A DNA stretch of 64,000 nt from contig JAFGCT010000028.1 of NCBI GenBank assembly GCA_016932505.1, positions 2,404-66,403 on the forward strand. The letters are read 5' to 3'. Source of the stretch: Candidatus Peregrinibacteria bacterium. Its GTDB lineage: Bacteria; Patescibacteriota; Gracilibacteria; UM-FILTER-43-11. The position numbers and the translations under genes were made by a program. Shown piece after piece: positions 58,323 to 64,000 of the stretch; within the stretch, counting starts at the first letter, position 1, and each line of letters begins with the position of its first letter. The notes below the pieces were generated by a model. That model ran no database searches and was not told the origin of the DNA. It worked only from the letters and a program-made list of their open reading frames with translations.

Positions 58323-59942
58323 TTAGTTCCACATTTTATCTAAATATTCAGATACACAACGATGGGTATTGAAGTAAGCACCCAGTGTAATGGCTTTTTT
58401 CATGTGATGTACCCATTCGGTTGGGTTATTGTAGTATATATCGATTATTTCACCAAGCTTTTTATATAGCTCATCTGCGTCAATTTCATCATGACCTGAT
58501 TCATCCGTACCAAATGTCCATCCGCTTTCTGGCTCTTTTTCAGCCGCTTCAATCCACCAACCATCTGCGATAGATAAGTTAATTCCTCCGTTCATAGCCG
58601 CTTTCATACCACTTGTACCACTAGCCTCATACGGAGGCTCAGGATTATTTAGCCAAACATCACTTCCTGCAATAAGCATCGCAGCTGTATCTAGATTCCT
58701 ATCCGGCATCACGGCAAGACGAACCTGACCACGCAGTTCTTTTTCCAATTTTCTAAGATCATTCATTATATTATTGCAGAATTCATCATTCGGACTGCAG
58801 TGACCTGAATATATAATTTGAAGTTTTTTGTATCCGATTTCCCTCAGACGGATTAAATCACGGAATAAAAGAAGTGGGCGTTTGTATGGCACAAAACGAC
58901 GGGAAAATGTAACCGTTAAAGTATCTTTATCGAAATAATCATCTTCATGCAGGCTATTTTTTGGATATGGAAAGTATGCGGTATTTTTATTTATATAATC
59001 TATTAATACCTGTTTATTCGCATTATGAGCCTTTTTCACTTCCTTTTCTGGTAAATCCATCGCCTTGGCAAACTGGTAGGGGTCTTCCTTCCAGCCTTTT
59101 AAGTTTTTATCGAATAGTTTTATCATTTCACCTTGAACCCATGTTCTGTGATGAACGCCATTTGTAATACCAATAAATTCATGTTCGGGGAACATCTTTT
59201 TACATACTTCCATGTGTTTCTGAGATACACCATTTGCTTTTCCGCTCATATTTAGAGCAAGTTTTGTCATGTTTAGATTTTTCTCTCCGCCAAGTTTTTT
59301 TGTATGCCATGGGAGTTTATCGGAAAGTATTTGATTTGCAAGGCTATACTCAAAATGGTCGTGACCAGCAGCGATTGGTGTATGCGTTGTAAATCTGCAC
59401 GACTTCTTTACTTCGCTATCAATAAAATCAGTTTCTTTGTATCTTTCCAAAGTAAGAAAAGCAGAATGCCCTTCGTTCATATGATAGTAATCAATATCAT
59501 TATAACCAAGTGCCCTAAGCATTCTTAAGCCTGCATAGCCCAAAACCGCCTCCTGTGCAAGGCGTGTATAGGCATGCCCTGGGTACAAGTTTTTAGTTAT
59601 ATCCCTGTCCCAACGTTCATTTTCCGGAAAATTGGTCGTTAAAAAATAGACAGGTACATTACCTTTTAGCCCCTTTATTTCATATTTCCATGCACCGACC
59701 TTAACCTTTCTATCTTCTATTGTGATTCCGACTGTTTCTTTTACTTTTTCAAAATATTTGGATATATCAAAAGCATGATCTGGACTATCACTTTGATGAT
59801 AAATAATTGACATTCCAACTGCCGGAATACCCATATCCGCACAAGACCTCATCATATCCGTTGCCAGTACGCCAAGTCCCCCCGCAAAATTAGGGATTTC
59901 AGGCAAGAGTGCGAATTCCATTGAGAAGTAGGCGACTTTCAT
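58323..59942 (-). CDS. glgP: alpha-glucan phosphorylase (GT35 family)
   Basis: FSMEF...GGLGVLA and the PLP-lysine context YEASGTSGMKAAMNG. Confidence 0.9.
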   Translation of the reverse strand: MKVAYFSMEFALLPEIPNFAGGLGVLATDMMRSCADMGIPAVGMSIIYHQSDSPDHAFDISKYFEKVKETVGITIEDRKVKVGAWKYEIKGLKGNVPVYFLTTNFPENERWDRDITKNLYPGHAYTRLAQEAVLGYAGLRMLRALGYNDIDYYHMNEGHSAFLTLERYKETDFIDSEVKKSCRFTTHTPIAAGHDHFEYSLANQILSDKLPWHTKKLGGEKNLNMTKLALNMSGKANGVSQKHMEVCKKMFPEHEFIGITNGVHHRTWVQGEMIKLFDKNLKGWKEDPYQFAKAMDLPEKEVKKAHNANKQVLIDYINKNTAYFPYPKNSLHEDDYFDKDTLTVTFSRRFVPYKRPLLLFRDLIRLREIGYKKLQIIYSGHCSPNDEFCNNIMNDLRKLEKELRGQVRLAVMPDRNLDTAAMLIAGSDVWLNNPEPPYEASGTSGMKAAMNGGINLSIADGWWIEAAEKEPESGWTFGTDESGHDEIDADELYKKLGEIIDIYYNNPTEWVHHMKKAITLGAYFNTHRCVSEYLDKMWN

Positions 59943-59956
59943 TATTTATTACAAGA

Positions 59957-61051
59957 TTAGACATTAAATTTAAAATGCATAATATCCCCATCTTTAACAA
60001 CATATTCCTTACCCTCCATACGCATTTTCCCTTTTTCTTTGGCTGCAACTTCACTTCCACAATCTACAAAATCCTGATAACTAATTGTTTCCGCTTTTAT
60101 AAAACCTCTTTCGAAATCCGTATGAATAACACCTGCGGCCTCGGGAGCTTTTGCGCCTATACGAACTGTCCATGCTCGGTTTTCCTGCTCACCAGCAGTA
60201 AAGTAAGTTTGCAGACCAAGTAAGCGGTAGGCGGATTTTATTACTGCATTTAATCCACTTTCTTTTAAACCTAATTCTTTCAGATATTCTTTTGCTTCTT
60301 CGTCTGAAAATGAGACCAAATCCTCTTCTACTTTAGCAGAAATAGGCAATATTTCTTCAAAATTACCTAAATTAAGGTCTTTTTTTACCTTTTCTGCATC
60401 AAAATCAGCTAATTGGCTTTCTTTTAGGTTTGCAATATATAAAAACGGCTTATTTGTAAGCAAAAACAATGATTTTACAAATTTTTTCTCCTCATCTGTG
60501 AATTCCATGTTAATCACGAGTTTTTCGGCTTCCAGAGCCTCTTTTAACCGACTTAACGTACTAGTATTCTTTATAAGCTCTTTGTCACCGCTTTTGGCCT
60601 TTTTCTCGGTCTCAGAGAGCTTCCTTGAAACAGTATCCAAATCTGCCAATATTAACTCCAAATGAATAACGTCCATATCAAGTTTTGGGTTTATTCCACC
60701 ATGAACATGAATAACATCCGGATCTTCAAAAAAGCGAATTACCTGAGCGATTGCATGACATTCACGTATATTTGCGAGGAATTTATTACCAAGCCCCTCC
60801 CCTTCTGATGCGCCTTTTACAAGCCCTGCAATATCTACGAACTCAACAACGGCTGGGATAGTTTTTTTTGGCTTAACAAGCTCTTCCAGCTTCTTTAGGC
60901 GTTCATCTGGAACCTCTACAATACCCACATTAGGATCTATTGTACAGAATGGGTAGTTTTCCGCTTGAGCGCCTTTTGTACGTGTTAAAGCGTTAAAAAG
61001 TGTTGATTTTCCTACGTTTGGCAGACCGACGATACCGATTTTTAGGGACAT
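59957..61051 (-). CDS. ychF: redox-regulated ATPase YchF (Obg-like)
   Basis: [19 protein letters not shown]...TIDPNVG... and the C-terminal TGS-like region. Confidence 0.95.
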   Translation of the reverse strand: MSLKIGIVGLPNVGKSTLFNALTRTKGAQAENYPFCTIDPNVGIVEVPDERLKKLEELVKPKKTIPAVVEFVDIAGLVKGASEGEGLGNKFLANIRECHAIAQVIRFFEDPDVIHVHGGINPKLDMDVIHLELILADLDTVSRKLSETEKKAKSGDKELIKNTSTLSRLKEALEAEKLVINMEFTDEEKKFVKSLFLLTNKPFLYIANLKESQLADFDAEKVKKDLNLGNFEEILPISAKVEEDLVSFSDEEAKEYLKELGLKESGLNAVIKSAYRLLGLQTYFTAGEQENRAWTVRIGAKAPEAAGVIHTDFERGFIKAETISYQDFVDCGSEVAAKEKGKMRMEGKEYVVKDGDIMHFKFNV

Positions 61052-61262
61052 AAATTATTACAAGATTAATTATTACAAGATTAGTTATTACAAGATTATT
61101 TTATATTATGATTGGTGATACTACAATTGAAACCGATTATTTCCTTCCGAAGGCGCGGTGCCGGCACCGCGCCTTCGGAAGGTTTGTTTATTTGATGTAT
61201 AACCAATCACAAATAAATCTTGTAATCTACTAATAAGCGAAGTGTTAATCTTGTAATAATCC
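61052..61262. repeat. composite element: attacaagatt x3 arm, a central perfect 40-nt GC-rich palindrome, and an inverted aatcttgtaat x2 arm
   Basis: Left arm 61055-61100. Palindrome ccttccgaaggcgcggtgccggcaccgcgccttcggaagg at 61143-61182. Right-arm units at 61216-61226 and 61247-61257; the latter encodes the last codons and stop of aroD. Confidence 0.9.
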
Positions 61263-61952
61263 CCAAGCCTCTTTCAACTCCCCCACTGTTAATTGACCCG
61301 GTGCGGATGATTTGGATTTGGATATTGGCGCAAACATAATTGTACCACCAAGGGTAGGAGTAAGAATTCTGGAAAGGGCGCCTTTTTTACCCATAGCAAT
61401 GATTATATGCGGGATTTTTTCGGCTTGTAGATGCTTTGCCAATGAAATTGCCTGAATAGTATCTGCGTAAGTTTTTGCCATAACCGAAATCTTGACGATA
61501 CACGCCCCGGCGCGCAGGTCTGCGCCCTTTTTCTTCATTTCTTTAGCTTTTTTTAAAAGGACGGATAGTGAAGGTGTTTTTTTGAAGTTATGATATGAAA
61601 GAATGATTTTTGATTTTTGATTTGTGAATTGTGATTTTAAATCAGAAATCCCAAATCTCAAATCACAAATGTCCAAAGGTAAATCTATATATTCGGCTCC
61701 GTTCTTAGATGATTCAGTAAGTAATTTTAAGACTTCTTTATCACTTCCTTTAAAGCATCCCATTTCGTTAGGTTTTTTACATACACAAATTACCGGTAAG
61801 GGCTTGTTTTTAAGCAATTCAGCTATATCCAAATCCTTAATATAATCCAGCCAGATTTCCGCCATGTCGGCATGTTTTTTTGCCAAGACCATAGCCTTTT
61901 TTGCCTCTTTCATTGTTTTTGCCTGAATTGGAATACATAATTTAATTTTCAT
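61245..61952 (-). CDS. aroD: type I 3-dehydroquinate dehydratase
   Basis: LCIPI..., AEIWLDYI, ILSYHNFKKTP, KISVMAK (Schiff-base Lys context), IIAMGKKGALSRIL, SAPGQL. Confidence 0.85.
   Translation of the reverse strand: MKIKLCIPIQAKTMKEAKKAMVLAKKHADMAEIWLDYIKDLDIAELLKNKPLPVICVCKKPNEMGCFKGSDKEVLKLLTESSKNGAEYIDLPLDICDLRFGISDLKSQFTNQKSKIILSYHNFKKTPSLSVLLKKAKEMKKKGADLRAGACIVKISVMAKTYADTIQAISLAKHLQAEKIPHIIIAMGKKGALSRILTPTLGGTIMFAPISKSKSSAPGQLTVGELKEAWGLLQD
61606..61672. repeat. intragenic inverted heptamer array (gatttgt family) inside aroD
   Basis: gattttt gattttt gatttgt gaattgt gatttta | aatc agaaatc ccaaatc tcaaatc acaaatg. It is translated in frame as ...ICDLRFGISDLKSQFTNQKSK.... Confidence 0.85.
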
Positions 61953-62042
61953 TTATCATTTTTCAATTATCATTTAATGAGAACAATATTAATATTAAAT
62001 GTTAAATGACAATTATTAAATGACAAATGTGTTTTTATTCAC

Positions 62043-62071
62043 TTGACAAAATACCGATTATACGATACAAT
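62043..62071 (+). promoter_or_regulatory. near-consensus sigma70-like promoter
   Basis: ttgaca (62043-62048), a 17-nt spacer, then tacaat (62066-62071). Confidence 0.55.
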
Positions 62072-62287
62072 TCACATCCAAACATCACGTTTGGGTGCCT
62101 GTTATTTGGGCACTATTGATCATTTAAAACATTGGAAGTAAGGGAAATCTTTACAATATTCCGCTTAAGTAAGCCTGTTCTGATTTTTTACCTATGGTAA
62201 GAAAAACCGGAAACGGGCGCTTGTGAATATATAAATACTTCCCTACGCAATTACTAAGTTGATTGGCAATACCAAGTAAAATACCCC

Positions 62288-62340
62288 CCATTGACTTCCA
62301 ATTGACTTCCGTAGACCTAGTCAATAGGACGTCAATCGGA
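62288..62340. repeat. inverted arrays of the attgacttcc / gtcaat unit (reverse complement of the 11701-11722 family)
   Basis: ccattgacttccaattgacttcc-gtagacc-tagtcaataggacgtcaatcgg. Confidence 0.85.
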
Positions 62341-62451
62341 AATTTATAGGGAAAAAAGTATCTTATTTAGTATTGCCATCAACAAATAAACAAACCTGCT
62401 TGCGTGCAAGTGGGAACTGACCCGGAAACGGGAAAGGAAAGGAATTTAGTC

Positions 62452-63390
62452 ATGAAAAAATGTAACAACAAAACAGGAGGAGGAGCCATGTTTACGAAAC
62501 TCTCAACCGCGGTCTTTTTGGCCGCAATGTTCTTCGCGTTCAGCAACTCTGCCAGCGCCGCCTACTGCGACCGCTACGAAGGAGGCGAGGCAGACAAATG
62601 CGGTAGCGGAATGTCGCAAGCCAAAGCCCTCCCGGGCTACGGCGCTATGACCTCAGCCACAGCCAAAGCCCCCTGCGAAGCGGCGAGAGCCAACGCGCTG
62701 GACCAATGTACCATGAAAGCCGGCGGGTCTGATGCCTTTATTGGCGGCTGCAAGAAAACCGTCAAAGCCTACAAGTGCCCCGATGGCGGACCTGTTACAG
62801 TTTCCGCAGTCTGTGGAAACGGGAAGTGCGAAAAGGGCGAGACCAAGAAGAATTGCCCGAAAGACTGCGGTTCGACACCTCCCCCAGTGGTGAGGAAGGG
62901 CAAAAAGTGCGGAAACGGGGTATGTGACGCAAGCGAGGATTTCGCCACCTGCCCGGAGGACTGCCACTGCGGTGACGGCACGTGCGACCCCACGATCGAC
63001 GAAACGTTCTGCACCTGTGCAGACGACTGCAAAGATTGTCCCGAAGGCTGTGAGGGGGCCGAGCCCCCGCCGTGCAGCGACTGCATGGAAGAAGCATTGA
63101 AGAAGTTCTGGGAAGAACACGTTCAGTGCCAGGACAGCACGAGTACCTATCATACGGTTCTCAAGACCATGGGATGCGAGGGCTTCTTCAAAGCCAACAA
63201 GCTGACTTTCTACTCACCCCCGAAAGTCGATATGGAAGCCATCGCCAAAGCAAGTGCCGGCAACGGCTCCATCCCCAGATGGTTCGTCATCTTCGTCACA
63301 GTCGCTCTTTCCCTCAGCTTCCTCTGCCTGCTCATCCTCGTCTTCCGTAAAAAGAAGAACCCGAACACCACCGGCGGTAGCAACCGGTAG
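62452..63390 (+). CDS. GC-rich gene: secreted Cys-rich repeat protein with C-terminal TM anchor (start 62452 or 62488)
   Basis: RBS-like aaggaaagga / ggaggagg upstream of the two ATGs. Signal peptide FTKLSTAVFLAAMFFAFSNSASA. Three CG(N/D)GxC...C(P)xDC modules. C-terminal WFVIFVTVALSLSFLCLLILVF-RKKK. Hand GC count is 37/60 (62521-62580) against 17/60 (62101-62160). Confidence 0.7.
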   Translation: MKKCNNKTGGGAMFTKLSTAVFLAAMFFAFSNSASAAYCDRYEGGEADKCGSGMSQAKALPGYGAMTSATAKAPCEAARANALDQCTMKAGGSDAFIGGCKKTVKAYKCPDGGPVTVSAVCGNGKCEKGETKKNCPKDCGSTPPPVVRKGKKCGNGVCDASEDFATCPEDCHCGDGTCDPTIDETFCTCADDCKDCPEGCEGAEPPPCSDCMEEALKKFWEEHVQCQDSTSTYHTVLKTMGCEGFFKANKLTFYSPPKVDMEAIAKASAGNGSIPRWFVIFVTVALSLSFLCLLILVFRKKKNPNTTGGSNR

Positions 63391-63482
63391 TAATTGCGTT
63401 TCCGCGCTTTAAACGCGGATACGTTCAATGTTCTAATGTTAACGTGGGGCAAGGCCAAGTGCCTTCGCCCCCTCTAACCCCT

Positions 63483-63521
63483 CAGGGATCATCGCTTTAC
63501 GCTTTGGTCCCTGTTTTTTTT
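63483..63521 (+). terminator. intrinsic terminator after the GC-rich gene
   Basis: caggga...tccctg stem followed by 8 T. Confidence 0.7.
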
Positions 63522-63530
63522 GTCTGGATT

Positions 63531-63692
63531 GCGATTAACGATTAACGATTTACGATTTACGTTGTACGGGGGGGGTTGTGATGGGTGGATTGGAATTACA
63601 TCAAATACACATTTATCAGTAGAGACGCGATTAATCGTGTCTCTACGGTATTAAATCGTTAATCGTACAACGTTAATCGTAAATCGTATAAC
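63531..63692. repeat. composite element: CG-anchored heptamer arm, a central hairpin, and an inverted arm
   Basis: gcgattaacgattaacgatttacgatttacgttgtacg (63531-63568). gtagagac-gcgattaatcgt-gtctctac (63619-63646). attaaatcgttaatcgtacaacgttaatcgtaaatcgtataac (63651-63692). Confidence 0.9.
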
Positions 63693-63725
63693 AAAAAACC
63701 CCTCACATTCCTGCAGGGGGTTTTT
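63693..63725. terminator. bidirectional intrinsic terminator
   Basis: aaaaaacccct...agggggttttt. Confidence 0.6.
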
Positions 63726-63750
63726 ATCTAAATATTAAACTTACTTTCTA

Positions 63751-64000
63751 CTATTCATATTCGTTGCCATCTAGCAAACTTGCAAAAAAGCCTTTCTTTT
63801 TTTGGGGCGCAGATGGCGCTTGTGAAGCACCAGAACCTCTTAATTGTGCTAATAATTCATCAATTGTTTTTGACTGAGTTGCATTTTGAAGCTCAAGTTC
63901 TCTTACTCTATCCATATTTTCCACAGCAAGCTTTTTCTGCTCTGCTTTTGTAGATTCTAATTGTTCAATTTTACGCTCAAGTGCCACTTTTTCGTTTTCC
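63751..64000 (-). CDS. coiled-coil protein, 5'-partial (frame open to window edge)
   Basis: The frame of ORF 63751..63987 stays open to nt 63999 (…ENEKVALERKIEQLE…). Heptad-like charged sequence. Confidence 0.55.
   Translation of the reverse strand, partial: ENEKVALERKIEQLESTKAEQKKLAVENMDRVRELELQNATQSKTIDELLAQLRGSGASQAPSAPQKKKGFFASLLDGNEYE

Noticed and set aside
62653-63458. Four further ORFs overlapping the GC-rich gene: three antisense (166, 105 and 100 aa) and one alternate sense frame (92 aa). A fifth ORF (82 aa, 63210..63458) overlaps its 3' end.
   Set aside because: Multiple open frames are expected by chance in a GC-rich segment. Only the 62452..63390 frame has an RBS, a signal peptide, repeated Cys modules and a TM anchor.
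1985-63700. Short intergenic repeats as CRISPR arrays.
   Set aside because: The units are 7-12 nt and directly abutting with no unique spacers. No cas genes are present.

Overview
The window is AT-rich and gene-dense, and looks like a small-genome bacterium. A CPR/Patescibacteria-like origin is my inference from gene content, not a demonstrated fact. Contents, left to right:

1. 2-7552: a type-IV-secretion-like module. It has a 5'-partial large protein, a small tail-anchored protein, a polytopic VirB6/TrbL-like membrane protein and a convergent VirD4/TraG-like P-loop ATPase.
2. 7591-11568: an MGMT-family protein and a block of small unrecognised proteins. One of them is a GC3-rich secreted protein.
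3. 11772-12599: murI.
4. About 12.8-45.7 kb: a large cell-envelope glycan island bounded by two SLH-domain surface proteins.
   - Two GT-C (ArnT/PMT-like) enzymes, a Wzx-like flippase, and GT2/GT4/GT32 glycosyltransferases.
   - Two sulfotransferases and two SAM methyltransferases.
   - Duplicated SDR epimerases and a decayed GT4 pseudogene.
   - A PAPS supply module (cysD, cysNC, cysQ) and a GtrB-like polyprenyl-phosphate GT2.
   - A methyl-cycle module: metK behind a SAM-I-clan riboswitch candidate, ahcY and a PfkB kinase.
   - A UDP-GlcA module (ugd plus a UDP-glucuronate 4-epimerase-like SDR).
5. 45.8-62 kb: housekeeping genes. These are trmD, DUF167, DUF389, serS, ftsH, hsp20, galU, a TPR protein, a nucleotidyltransferase, ftsX, recO, tRNA-Gly(GCC), SNase, RNHCP, an alpha-glucan phosphorylase, ychF and aroD.
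6. 62.4-63.4 kb: a strongly GC-rich gene for a Cys-rich, membrane-anchored secreted protein.

Main observations:
- Nearly every intergenic spacer is built from 7-12 nt tandem repeats, usually as two inverted arrays and sometimes around a GC-rich palindrome. A few unit families recur at distant loci, and some units run in frame into coding sequence (aroD, the GT2 tail, gene termini).
- Three compositionally foreign GC-rich genes sit in the AT-rich background.
- A dedicated PAPS/SAM cofactor supply is co-localised with sulfo- and methyltransferases in the glycan island.

All functional calls rest on motif recognition by eye. No database search was run.
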